Part shown: piece by piece, positions 25,791-41,223 of the stretch
How positions within the stretch are numbered: position 1 is the first letter of the stretch
How the letters are laid out: each line of letters opens with the position of its first letter
NCBI RefSeq assembly: GCF_009914755.1
Contig: NC_060925.1
Length of the DNA: 64,000 nt
Reading direction: 5' to 3' (one strand)
Source of the DNA: the human T2T-CHM13v2.0 reference genome, Homo sapiens
Position numbers and translations under genes: made by a program
The notes under the pieces: model-generated
Database searches by the model: none
What the model was told of the DNA's origin: nothing
What the model saw: the letters and a program-made list of their open reading frames with translations, nothing else

Positions 25791-28700
25791 CTTACCCTCC
25801 TGTATATATTGTTCTTAAGCATGAAATCTCACCAGGATTCTTCAAATCTGTCCTTGGAATAAATGGACTACCAAAGTGTGTCTCCAAGAGAATCTGGAAA
25901 CTCAAAACCTGGTACCTGAAATTTATCAAATACAGAATCTGTTTTTAGGTACCAACTAGATATCAGCTTCTTTGTATGCATATAGTTCTTTACATGCACA
26001 TCATTCTTCAACAAGACTCATCTGGAGTGCTGCTTCTGGTGGATCCTGTGCCATGGCCATGAGGGAGCCTTATGGCTGGTGTGTATCTGATGGTGACGAC
26101 TTTTGTTGCTTTACCCATGTTCTTTCATCCAAATCCTTAAAGGCTAAAGCACTTCAATACAGCTGCTGAGGATTAGGGTATATTGTAGAGCAGAAGGCTA
26201 AAAGCAGATTTCTCCATGCCATCTGTAATGGCTGTGCAGCTGCAGTGCCCACACACATCTGGAGAGCTGCTGTAAAATAAGAGCCTAACATTTGGCAAAG
26301 GTAACAGATGGCCTTGTTATCAAATGTGAATAGAAGCAGAGTCAAGCTTCTGGGGAATGGCAAGTTTAAGACTAGGAAGGACAGTCACAACAACAACAAA
26401 GCATATAGAAAGGAAGAAGAGCACCGGACAGATAACAACGTATTACGAAATGAGAAAAATCTATGGAGAAGATGGTGAGATAGCAGGATGAAAGTTACTG
26501 AAAATTTTAAATAAGGAGAGACAGATTCAAACATGTCTTCATTCTCCCAGTAATTAGAAACTGTCAGAATTGTGCTTAGTTAAATCTGGTTAATTTGCTA
26601 GACTTGGCAGTGGAATTGGTGTTAAAGTTTGCCACAGTCAACATTTGGTGTGGTATATCCTGGGGGCATTTCATCATTACTAATTGAGTAAATGACATTA
26701 ACAGAAGAGATGGACAGGTCTGTCTTCTGCTCATTTCACGGAGTCCTGCTGCCTTTTAAGGATCCTACCAACCTCAGGTTTTCTTTGATTAAAAAAAAAA
26801 AAATGGTGCTGGAAGTAGCTTTCAGAACTGGGTCAATAAGATGGTGGAAACAGATACAGATCTCTTTTTTAAAAGCATGTCTACCCTGTGGTCAATTCCC
26901 CTCCAGTGCTCTGTAACAGATTCTTCCAAAGCCTTTGATTCTTCCAACAAGTTTTCAACAAAAATCCCTGATAATAGAATCTGCTCCTATAGAAGAGGCA
27001 GATTTCAGAGCTGAGGGAGAGAGGCCATTTCATGACAGAATCAACATAGAAGGAAAGTAGAGGGGCCGCACCACAGTGTGGAACTTGGTTTTGCTCTAAG
27101 TAATTGGCATAGAGCTCTTATTCTGGGCCTTGGAGCTCTTTTTAGTCCTAAAGTAGGAAGCTCACAGGCGTTCTTTTTTTCAGGTTGAGTTGACATTGAG
27201 GAAACAATCTGCTCTAGTTGGAGCCAAACCAGACAACCTGCCCATTCTGTTAATTGGATTTTAGGATCTGTATTGAGGTGGCCTGGGCTGGAAGTTTATT
27301 CACCTCTGCTCAGATGCCAAATACATTGGCCTAGAAGCACACAGAACTTAATAAAATAAATTAGCAAAATGGCTATGTCATGGCCATTTCCAAAATGTAT
27401 ATCTTGTGGTTGCTCTCAGTTGGGGACTCTTTTATTTTTAACTGATCAATTAAACTTGTCTAGCTACATGAATTGTTCTAATTACTGAGTTTTCCCAGAA
27501 TTAAATACTGTAAGTTAAATCAACTAACATTTAACAAACGGGAGCTACTTCTTCTGCTTGTCTCCTTAAGAGCCCTCCATAGAATTAACAGTTAGGTGCT
27601 AATTGCAAATGATTAAGTGCTCACCAGTCTTGGAGTTCTTTCTTTAATATTAATGAGATGGATTAACATGGAACATGTCTTCTATTAATATTATAAATGG
27701 AAGCCTGCATGGATCACTGAGTGCTGTTTTGTATTATAAGGAGCACTTAGTTTAAAGGAGTAAAAAAAGTACACTCCTAAAATGTATCTTCCTTTCAATT
27801 GAGAAGTACAATTACTGAGGAAAATGTTTAAATATCATTAACTTAGAGCAACCATGTAGCATTTTAGCAATAATCACAGTAGCAAACTTTTATATAAAAC
27901 TTCTTTCATCAGTCTCCGTGAGCAGGCACTGTACATTAAACCAGAATAGAGCTTAAATTATTCCGTAAAACACACACAGAAACACCCACCATTCCATACT
28001 ACTCAAATAAATTACTTGGCAGTTCAGAATTATTTTCATATATCTGAATTTCCTTTTAAGACCACTATTTGCCTCTTAAAAATGCTAACTAATTTCTCTT
28101 GGCTACTTGAAAACAGCAAATTGACTGCATTTTCTTTCTTTCTTTAAGAACAAATATAGTTAAAATCACCTCTCTCTTGCTTTTCCTAAGAAGATGCGAT
28201 AAAAAAGTAAAGCTTATATTTCATACATTACTGGTTTAGAATCTACCACAATGGCGAGAGCAGTATAGTCTCTAAGCTACAGGAAGGGCATCACTATGTT
28301 TTAATTCTATAAGTCTTATTATTTAAAAATATTGTTCTTTTTGATAAATACTTTTTGAGTATGCCACACTATACCATAAAAGACACTGAAATGCAAAACA
28401 GTTATTTTAGATCATAGTAAATTACCATTTTTGCTCTTTAGCCTGTTGCAAACATTTGTAAATGAGAGAACAAAAGCTTTATGCATTCAGACCAAATCTG
28501 GCCCTGTGTTAATGCAGCATGCATCACACTTTGATTAAGGACTTAACCTCTGAGTCAAACTTCTGGTTTTGTCCTTACTCTTTGAACTTAAAACTATGTA
28601 CACATTTAACATTTGCTCTAGATAAACATGCTTTCACCAGACAATACCAAGTGTTGACCACTTATATGCTCACAGTAATAGAAGTGATGCTTGTATTCAA

Positions 28701-29051
28701 GATTGCATATGTTAAAAATGATAAAAAGGAATATAAGATTTCTAAGATCATGGAAAAAATGGAAATATATAGCTAGGATCTTGCATTCAACCTTACAAAT
28801 ATTTTGTTTAATCCAGAATGTGCATGATGTATAGGTCAATTATGTTTCTGAATAAATTAATCAGATGTCATTATGATTTTTATAATCATCTCAAACATAA
28901 TCTAAGTAGTCATAATTTATAGGTAACTATGAAATATTCTCTAGAAACAATAATTTCATTTGAAATATCTGGTCTTCTGATACATTTATAATTATTCTTA
29001 TAAGTAGCATATATCTCATAAGTAACATCTGCAAAACAAATTCATGAAAAT

Positions 29052-29564
29052 TGTGGCAGGTCAAGTTCTAAGATAGCTCCAAATAGCTACCTCTTGATGT
29101 ACACACCCTCTATAACTTTCTCCCCTTGAATGTGAGTAGGACCAATACTATTTTCATGATTAGGTTATTTATCAGTTGATTTTGAGTGAATCAAGAAGAT
29201 TAACTTGGATGGGTTTGGCCTGTACAGGTAAGCCCTTTAAAGTTAGGTGAAGTGTCCTAGAGATTCTCTCCTGCTGACGCAGAAGAAAGCAGATGGCCAT
29301 ACTGTGAGAGGAGGTGGCAAGAACCTGAGGAGAGTGGTCCTTTGCACACAGCTGGCAAGGAATAGGGGCCTCAGAAATGAAGTCCACTGACAACCTGTGA
29401 GTTTGGAAGAGGACCAGATGAGATCACGATCTTTGAATTTGAACGATGAGACCCTCAACAGAGGACCTAGCCTGGGCTATAGAAACTATAAAATAAAAAA
29501 ATTATGTTGTTTTGTGCCACTACAGTTTATAATAATTTACTTGCAGCAATAGAAAACTAATACC
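29052..29564 (+). mobile_element. MLT1E/F-like MaLR LTR
   Basis: tgtggcagg...ttctaagatagctcc...ctccccttgaatgtgagtaggacc...gcagcaatagaaaactaatac. Confidence 0.82.
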
Positions 29565-31300
29565 AACAAGAATCTGGTTTGATCCATGAGGAATAAATTT
29601 AACTGAAAACATTCACTCTTCTCATTTAATGAAATCTGGCTGCAAACTTACAATAGCCCACAAAACATGATATCATTCATGGCAAATGAAAAAAATCATG
29701 TAGCCCCAAGTAATACTGCTAATTAAAAAGGAAAACAAGAGTTTCATAATTTTGCTTCCTTCTGTTCTTCGGATAGATGCCATTATCGTTGACAATGACA
29801 CTACCAATCATTCTCAGATGACTTTGCAAGAAATTGGCTAGGCATGTCTCACAATTGTCTTCACTCTCACAGGTTTCAGACTCATAAGGGATGCTAAAAG
29901 TCATTTCCCCAGATTGTAAAAATGGTGCATTGTCCCATATGCCATTGGGAAAATGTTGAATTGATTGCCTTCTGTGGGAACTCAGGCTCTTCTGACAATG
30001 GGTTCTGTTCCCAAAGCCCTTTGAAAAGGATCATAATTAATTGTGGAAATGTTTGTCTTACTCTCTCCACAAACTCACCATTCCCTGAGTATCAGCCCCT
30101 GAGTGTTAACAGTAGACAGCACTGAATGTGTTTCAGACAATGATTCTGAATGCCAGTGATATTGCTCCCTGTTTCCCTTGGTATAGAAGGCTCTGCTTGG
30201 CAAGATTTTGAATCACATGGATACCTGCCTTTAACAACTGTGGGGAATCCAGACCTGAGAATCGTTTTATGTAGTATAAAATTGGCTAGGGTCTGTAGCC
30301 TGATAAGCCAGAATTTGGAGGGAATGGCTAACTAGTGTCTGCCATTTCCTTTTTTTCTTCTCTGTAGGAAAATTTAAAATTTCCAAATTCAGGTTAGAAT
30401 GAAAGTATGGCAAAAGCAAAAGAGTTATCCAATATAGACTCTTTGCTATGCACCCTAATAATGCAATCTCTATTAAAGATTATGATTAAAACACAGCCAC
30501 AACAGAACACTGTGAGCATGTGTGCATGTGCGCAGGCACACACACACACACAACGTTCAATTTCAAGTGCACATAGGCTCCTATTTAAGAATTCTTATGA
30601 TTGGTATTATTTCTTCTCTTCTAAACTGTCATATTATCCTACAGAGAGAAGAGCTACAGCAGAGGCTGTAAAAGAAACTGTCCTCACTCTATCTCCATAG
30701 TAAACCGCCCTTATATTATTTTTTAAAATCCCCATGATAATATGCTTTTGTAGCTATGGCCTAGTTACAATGCTGGGGCAGCATTAAGTCATTAGTGAAG
30801 CTGGCTTTTGCTTTCTTTGCTGAGAAGACAAATAATGGTCATGATCAGAGATTCTTTAACACTATAAGTGTTTATCATACTTTTAATTACTGATGCTATA
30901 GTTATGTCATTGATTTGTAGGCACCATGAATAATCTTAATACAATTAATCGTGAAACTTAACACAGTTAGGCCCACTTTGTTCGTCAACTTTCCCTATCT
31001 TAAACCCACAGATACAAAGGCGTATTTCCCCACATATGCCAAAATCCGAAAGACCAAGGTAGTATATTAAGTTCTGTGTTGTTCTTGAAAGATCTCTAGA
31101 GTAACAGATCTGAGTTTGAGGGTTAGATCCAACTCTTCTTGGCAGCTTGACCTCTCTAAACTCCAGTGGTCTTGTCTTTTTGTTGTTGTTGTTGTTGTTG
31201 TTAAAGAGCACAATCAAAAGAATCCTTGTAGAGCATTGATGATCTCATGAAGTTGTGATAATCAAATGAAATAATGAATGCTGTGTATGCCAATTACCTG

Positions 31301-31811
31301 TTTCTTTCTAATTCATTCTGCATCCTTTACTTGCTCCTCTGTATTGCAGGAAACTGCAGATTCCATGTTTTCTTGCTTTCTGACATCTACATTTCAGCCA
31401 CTTGGAAGCAGCTTTAGAAAATTCAGACAAGAGTTAAGAAAAGGCTTCGTATTTTTCCTCCTTTCTCTCTCTTGAGGGAGTACGTCTTGCTGTGGCTCCT
31501 CCACGGCTCCAGCTTCCACCCATCAGCCATTTCCTGTATGGCCTTGTTGCTGGGCAGGGCAGTCTCCAGTGGATTTAAATTCCTGCTAGATGGTTCCTTT
31601 TCTGGGTTCTGGTATTACCAGTTCCTCCTGTTGTCTCTCTAGCTCTAGGGGTAGTAGTTCCCAACTTTTGCTCATCTCTAAGTTGTTTTAGCATTTCATA
31701 TATGGCTTCATTTCCCATTAGGTAAATACTCAATACCCTATATTAAATCCTTTCTTTGTAGAAGACCAAGAGTAGTTCCTATTTCTTGACTGGACCCTGA
31801 CTGACACTGAC
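31301..31811 (+). mobile_element. LTR33-like ERVL LTR inserted in a MIR (about 31110-31840)
   Basis: 3' end atattaaatcctttct...ttcttgactggaccctgactgaca; MIR sequence resumes afterwards (aaagtacttt). Confidence 0.6.
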
Positions 31812-32049
31812 AGGAAAGTACTTTACAGATTATGATAACTCTTAATATGTAAATCATTAGTATTATAGTCATTCTAATGATTAAATTATATATTCTGAAA
31901 GTGACATATTTATGGCATTTTGGTATTCTTCCACTATTACCTCCCTTTATGGATATGGATTATCAAGAATCATAAAATATCCATGAAATTATATATAGAG
32001 GCATGAACTATTATATTATGTTTCTGTCTTATATGTATGTCTGTTAATG

Positions 32050-33350
32050 AAAAATATAGAATTAGAATTGGAATACTTTGAAATGTGTTTGGGTATCTTC
32101 ATTCCAATTTATTTTAGTGTAGAATACTGGGAATAGTGGAAATTTCCTTTAAACAACCTTGCCTATTACATCTGCTGATTTTTGTTGAAGAATGCAATAG
32201 TCTTCAGCAAGAGATCAATGAAAATGAACAAAGCAAGCATTGGAATGAAATACTGCAGTGGTTTATTTTGTCAAATAACAAATTTACTGCAAAGTTTCAT
32301 GCCTTTTCTATGTATTATATATAATCTTTTTACCTGTCAACTTGTAGAATTCAGAAGTTAGAGTCTCGTAATAGGCACACATATTAACAGATTTATTTGG
32401 ATTGAAAGATGAAGTCAGATTGTTATGCTGAAGTTAAAGCTGACTTGGCTGATTGAATTGAAAATGGATATCAGCTCTAATTCATATCAATTGGGTCACA
32501 CAGTGAGCATTATCCAAAAATTGAATGAACTAATTCTGTAGCTCCAAGCTTTTTGATGAAATTGTAAAGCATGTGACATCATAAAATCATTTTTAAAGTG
32601 TTTTGTTGTTGTTGTTTAACTTTGTATTTATCAGGTCAAACAAGGTGACTGTAAGTGGAAGAGGAACAGGTGTAATGAATGACTTTTTGATAAATGTTAA
32701 TAAACTTTTTCCTGAAGCAGAGAAAGTAGAAGACTCTAATGACTGAATAGCAAGCATTTATTGAATCATTCATCGCATTCAACAAAATTGAACAAAGATC
32801 TAATTGGGTTGTCAGAAGATTGATTATTACAAAGAATAATAGATCACAATGTAATTTTTGACATGTACCTCAGAAAATGTTGAAAAAGTGAAAGGTGTTG
32901 CCAAAACTAAACTCCTATCCACATCTACTTATTTATAGGAACAATTTTTCTAAAAACATACATTTTTTAAAGAAAACAAACAACAGATAGGAATACAATT
33001 ATCAAAGATTCCACTAACATTTATCAATAAGTTGTATTCTTTTATAATACATATACTAATTGAAAATGACAATCCTATTTCACTAAAAATTATTTTTAAT
33101 AAAATTTACTTTTTATATATAATAACCAAAATATTATTTGGTTATATAATATTAATAACTGTTAGAGTCCAGGAAAATTAATAAAAGAATAATTTCAATT
33201 TATATTCATATTTTTGTGACAGAAAAGACATGCATAAAATATATTCCTTTTTATATAATTTTGTATGGTAATCAAAATGGAAATACAAATTCAAGGAGTT
33301 AAGGAAATAATACACAATTTCTGACTCAGAGAAAAGCTTGCTTATGTACT
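32050..33350 (+). mobile_element. Ancient hAT/Charlie transposase relic
   Basis: 32921-32950 translates TSTYL*EQFF, resembling the hAT dimerisation motif (STYLCExGFS), followed by KT..RN-like codons; boundaries uncertain. Confidence 0.55.
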
Positions 33351-34639
33351 CTTTAAAATGGATTTTTTTGCAATCAGATTACTGGTATTTAGATTCTTTT
33401 TAATACATTTTACAAAATAATCTAGCTATTTTATTTAATAAATGCTATTTCTTATAATATAGCAGAAATTGTATTCTATGCAACCAATGAAATGTGATGA
33501 AAAGTCTTTTAGCCATTATGTAAGCAAAATTTTTTAAGACCTACCAACACTATGCTCTCTCTTCTCTGATCTATAATTATACTTATTCTGTTTACATGCA
33601 TCTATCTGAGCACATGAATGCATCCCATCTTGCATTAATTAATTGCTTCCCTTTCCTGAGTTTTATCTCCATCTGGATCAGCTATAGTGTCCAGCTCTAT
33701 GCTGAACTCGTAGCATAATAATGCACTTCAATATATTTTAATATGTTGAGTCATCTAAAAAACAAATAATAAACTCATATATAGAAATATCTTCTGACTT
33801 CTCTTTATCCTTCATACCTTTTGAGAATGCCTTATTCTTGGCCATTTTCCCCTTATTTTTGCTGCTGAGTTGAATTTCCATAGCCCTCATATCCCTTTTT
33901 ACAATCTCTTAATCCCTCCTCATTCAAAGCATTCGAATTTAGCTTTACTATTGGGTGACTACCAAGTGAATCATTTGGATTGTGAAAAATAACCCTAGAT
34001 CAATTTCTTTTATTTCCTCACTACACTGTTTCAGGCCTGTTTTACTTCTTTCTTTATGAGGGTATTACTCTGGCACACATCCCGATTGATGGAGGATCTC
34101 CAGAAAAGAGTGTTAAATTAAAAATATCAGTTACTGGCTTACCTCTTAATGAAGCAGCTGGCTTAAGAAGCTTTAGATTTAAATTATCTGCCCCGGCACT
34201 ATTATTCAGTCTTAAGTGAGGCAGTGCACCAACTTTCTTATAAGTAATTGGCTGAAACTAAAAGTCTGAGGCGCCTACATTAACAGACCGATTAGACACA
34301 TTATGGGGACTGGAGGGGGCAGTTCTTTTAGGTGAAGTCAAGTTCAGTACTCTGAATAGTACTACAATTGAAGCGAGTGTTAAATTAATTTACAGTGGAG
34401 CTCATATTAGCAATAAGAGAATCAGTGGCCAAACTGATTTGATGGATGGTCTCATTATGATACACCATAGATCAAAAAGATTTCTATTATGTGACAAAAT
34501 CTCTATGGTTCCCATTTATTTTCATTAGTTGTACTAGTACCACTAACATTTATTTTTTAAATAGGTATTTCTTATTTTGTATACATAAATTATTGTAGGT
34601 CTATATAGTGTCAGTTGATTTTTTTGTGACTCAGGGAAA

Positions 34640-35368
<729 letters not shown>

Positions 35369-35679
35369 GGAACACAGAATCTATCATTGGGGTTACTAGT
35401 CTTGGCCCTCTTTCACTTTCAAGTAACTGAAATAATGCTTTTTATCAGCCAGCTATTGTGTGTCTTGTAAGGTTGACTCAACGTTTATGAAATCACAGGG
35501 CCAGAGAATGCTAGAATGTTAGAATTCTCAAAGACCTTAGAGATCGTCTACTCAACCACTCTTGCTTTGCATTTGAGAATTTAAGTCACTTGACCAAAGT
35601 CAGACAACAGTGATTATATTACTACAGTGATTCTGGAGTGTTCTCAACAAATAATAACCTCAGAAACAAGTAGGCACTT

Positions 35680-35816
35680 GGAGACATTGGGCTGTGGATT
35701 CAGGTTGCCTAGGTTTGAATCCTAGTCCCAACATTTACTAAGGCTCTCTGATAGTGGGCACATTATTTAACTTCCTCAGACCTGTTTCCCCATCTACAAA
35801 ATTGGATTACCTATGC
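35680..35816 (+). mobile_element. MIR, cut at the start of the duplicated segment
   Basis: cctaggtttgaatcctag...tttccccatctacaaaattgg. Confidence 0.7.
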
Positions 35817-36015
35817 TCCAAGGTTTGTGATCTAGAATTCAACTAATAAATTCAGGCAAATTATTCCAATTATATTAAGCACTAGTACTCAAAGCTGACA
35901 TTTGAGGCTCAAATGGAGTGTCTTCTTAGCTTTTGTCTCCTGTCATTTCAGCCCTAAGCCGAAATCCAAAAATAATGGGAAAATTCTATGCCCTGATATA
36001 ACACAGAATTATAAA
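35817..36015 (+). repeat. Copy A of a ~200-nt local duplication
   Basis: aligns to 39076-39279 with 12 substitutions and one 5-nt indel by manual count. Confidence 0.95.
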
Positions 36016-36456
36016 GGAAGCTACAATATCCCATACTCCTTGCTTCATACTCTAGAATCCATTTAAATGAGGTTTAAAATTGTTCCGGTTGAGTCATTCC
36101 TTCCAGTCAAGGCATATTCTATCTGAAGGACTCAAATTAATTAGCTACAGTTAACAGATTATTAAGTCAACTGGCTTCTACGGAGATGGTGGTGAGTGTA
36201 TCAAAAGTTCGGATTTGGCATACCATAGTAAATGGTCTAATTAGCCACATCGTTTATAAACTGGGAACAGAGAGAAGAGTGGATTTTCAGAAGGAAATGG
36301 AGTTGCCCACTTAATTTTGCCTAGAGATAGCCTTCATAGCCTTCATACATGCACAACTTCCTCATATACTATTTTTTTTCTTCTTTTTTTGTTTCTCCCT
36401 ATTGCAATGTACAGCAGAAGACAGGGAAGGATTTTGTTAAATAGAAGTTAGTTTTT

Positions 36457-36742
36457 GGCTGGGTGCAGTGGCTCATGTTTGTGATCCCAGTGCTTTGAAA
36501 TGCTGAGGCAGAAGGATTGCTTGAGGTCAGGAGTTGGAGACCAGCCTGGGTAACATAAAGCTACCCCATCTCTACAAAAAATAAAAATTAGAAAATTATC
36601 CAGGCTTGTTGGCACATGCCTGTAGTCCTAGCTACCGGAGAGGAGGATCTCATGAACCCAGGAATTTGAGGTTAGAGTGAGCTCTGGGCATGCCGCTGCA
36701 CTATAGCTTGGGTGACACAGCAAGACCCTGTATCTTAAAAAA
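36457..36742 (+). mobile_element. AluJ
   Basis: diverged dimer; TSD agaagttagttt/agaacttagttt. Confidence 0.9.
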
Positions 36743-37577
36743 TGTTTTTTTAAAGAGAACTTAGTTTACAACACTTCTGAGAATTAAATAAAATGAGAAA
36801 CAGACAAAAATGCAAAGAATAGGAATACCAAAGAAGCAGCCCCGGCATAGGGATGAGCAGTCAGGACAAATGAGAAAGTCACAGACTTGCTAACATGAGA
36901 ATGCAGGTCCATAAGATGAGAGATGTATCTGTTACCTTCAAAAAGAAGGACATGTGAAATATGGCAGTGCTGTGAAAAAAAGAGTTAGAGGGCTGTTCAA
37001 GTTAAAAAACAAGGACAAATGAAGCTGAAACCACAGTGTCCTTTTTTCCCTGTTTTGTTATGCATCATATCAGGTCATTAGGGGTTTAGGCCTTTCCTTA
37101 AGGCATCCTTATCATCAACGCCTTTACTTACCTCAGTCAGCTTGATGCCCCTGCTGTTATGGATATTAATGATGTTGTGAACTTATTTAGTGTAAGTGTG
37201 GCTTAATGTGCATTATTACATTATCCATCAGTTGTACGTCACCCTTAGCAACTGGCATAAAGTTATCTCTAGTCCTCTGCTAACTTTATATCTATCTTTG
37301 TTGGGTCAGCTTTGCCGGTTTCTCTGCTTCATACTTTCTGAGCTATAACTCATGACAGTGTTATAAGAGTCACCACTTTATAACTGTGACCATAAGCACT
37401 GATTGCAGTAGAGCAATGACCCTTGGGTGGATGGGGTCTAAAAAAGGTCTTCGGCATCTTTTTTTTTTTTTTTTTGGCTTAAAAAGCATTCTCTTGGTAA
37501 TATGCTCTAGTGTAATGAGCACAGATCTATTCTGCGTGAAATTTCTGTATTTAGATAAATCTATGCATGGTTGCTAA

Positions 37578-37869
<292 letters not shown>

Positions 37870-39075
37870 AGATGCTAATTTTTTTATTTGGATGTCTTTC
37901 TCCCTTTTGGGTTTGAAAACTGACCTAGGGTAATGTATCTGAAAGAGAATGGAAGGCTATATTGCCTTTCCTGAATGAGCTTTAAAATATACACTAATAA
38001 AATAGCTTGCAGTCATAACTAACACACAGAAATTTTTGTAGTCTGATTAAATTGAGAAAATGTTACTCCTTTGATCTAAGGTTAAAATCTGTGTTTGATT
38101 GGTAAAGTTCACAGCAATGAGTATATTTTAGAGTTAGTCAGAAATCACTTTTTAAAAATTATTATTCATTTGCTTGTTTGACTAGATTTGAAGCAGAATG
38201 GGTAGCTAGGAATGAAGCCATTAAATCCGTATGAGAGCAAATCATCTCAATTTCACATTTCACTATTTAACCTCTCTGGGTCTCTTCCCTCATCTGTAAA
38301 ATGAGAAGGTTAGACAGCTGATCTTTAAGGTCCTGCTTGGACCAATATACAAATGACTGTACTTTCTTCCTTTTCTCCTTCTCATAGATTTTCATTGAGT
38401 GAAATGTTCTATACTCTATCACATAATAGAAGTCTGGTTTTAAAATAAAACAATGTGAGTCACGAATAATAATCATAATAATTAAAATAGTAGTTATTAT
38501 AAGATTGAAAATAATACATGCTTATAAAATTTTTATAATTAACTCAGCTTTGATAATGATTCCAATGACTAACTGTATCTATTTTCAGAACTGCACTTTT
38601 TTTTAAATCAAATGCTGTCAGCAGAATCATATTTTTTCTTAATGACACTGAACAATGATTGAATTAGATTCTTCTAATGGGCAGGATAAACTCTGGTTAA
38701 ATGGAAGGATGCTCTGCTAAAAACCCCTAACATATTGTGTGGAATAGTTGATCCTCAGTGGCAATTAGACATCTTTGTACATTATCTATTAGCCCATTAG
38801 TATACTTTATAAGCACACAGCAGGAAGTTTTGTAATTAAATTGAGTAGTGTCTCACCCATTTTTGGTTTAACTATCCTGTTCACCAGTATGCCTCCAACA
38901 TATATTTTGGTATACTAGGTCATACGAAAACTGTTCTTAAAGAATGTGTTCCCTGCCTCCCATCTTCTTGCTTTGACCCCTACAGTAAAGCCTGAAGATA
39001 CATTTCAGTTGCTTTACGAATACTGTTTTGCATGTTTCTGCATAGATTTGCATGTTAAATTAAAGGAGTTTTAAT

Positions 39076-39279
39076 TCCAAGGTTTGTGATGTAGAATTTA
39101 ATTAATAAATTCAGGCAAATTATTCCAATTATATTAAACACCAGTACTCAAAGCTGACATTTGAGGCTCAATTTGAGTGTCTTCTTAGCTTTTGTCTCCT
39201 GTTATTTCAGCCCTAAGCTAAAATCCAAAAATAATGGGAGGAAAAAATTCTATGCCTTGATATAACACAGAATCATAAA
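39076..39279 (+). repeat. Copy B of the ~200-nt local duplication
   Basis: aligns to 35817-36015. Confidence 0.95.
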
Positions 39280-39379
39280 ACTCTTTATGCAGAGAATTCC
39301 AGGCATAATCATCCCAAGCCTTTTCAATGATCTGTATGGCCCTACGTGATCTACCCTTAAACTTTATCTTGTTTTTCTT

Positions 39380-40023
39380 TGCTATGGATTGAATTGTGTT
39401 CTCCTGAAATTTGTATGTTGAAGCCTTAATCCTAATGTGACTATATTTGAAAACAGGAATTTTTCAAAAGTAATTAAGGATAAATGAGGTCACAAGAGTG
39501 AGGTCCTAATCTGATAGGATTATTGGCCATATAAAAAGAATTAGAGAGAGAGAGAGATCTGTGCTTGATTATTAAGGTTCACAGCAAAGAGTGTATTTTA
39601 GACTCAGTCATATGATGCAGAAATCACTTTTTAAAAATTATTATTCATTTGCTTGTTATAATAGTAGTTATAATAATATACTATTTAATTATTATCATTA
39701 TTACTAGTGACTCAAATTGTTCTATTTCAAACCCAGATTTCTATTATGTGATCGAGTACAGAACATTTCACCCAATGCAAATCTGTGAGATTCTTTCTCT
39801 CTCTCTTTCTCTCTGTCTGTACACACCCACCAGAGAGAGGCCATGTGGGTACACCATGAGAAGTCTGTCATCTACAGGAAAGGAAGAGAGCCCTCCCAGG
39901 AAACTGACTTTGCCAGACTTTGACCTGGAACGTCTATTCTCCAGAACTGTGAGAAAATACATTTCTATTGTTTAAGACAACCAGTCTATGACATTTTGTT
40001 ATGACAATGGTGCAGATTAAGAA
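39380..40023 (+). mobile_element. MLT1A-like MaLR LTR carrying a foreign insert at 39557-39790; sits inside an L2
   Basis: tgctatggattgaattgtgt...tgtatgttgaagcct; ccagaactgtgagaaaatacatttctattgtttaag. Confidence 0.85.
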
Positions 40024-40024
40024 T

Positions 40025-41223
<1,199 letters not shown>

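Noticed and set aside
27671-27680. p53 half-site GAACATGTCT
   Set aside because: No properly spaced second half-site
34307-34323. CTCF-like actggagggggcag (also weak matches near 19056 and 52805)
   Set aside because: Several mismatches at high-information positions
38267-39975. Two ORFs sharing PDFYYVIEYRTFH, suggesting paralogous peptides
   Set aside because: Fully explained by the DNA-level inverted duplication; no splice or codon evidence, and one ORF runs into LTR sequence
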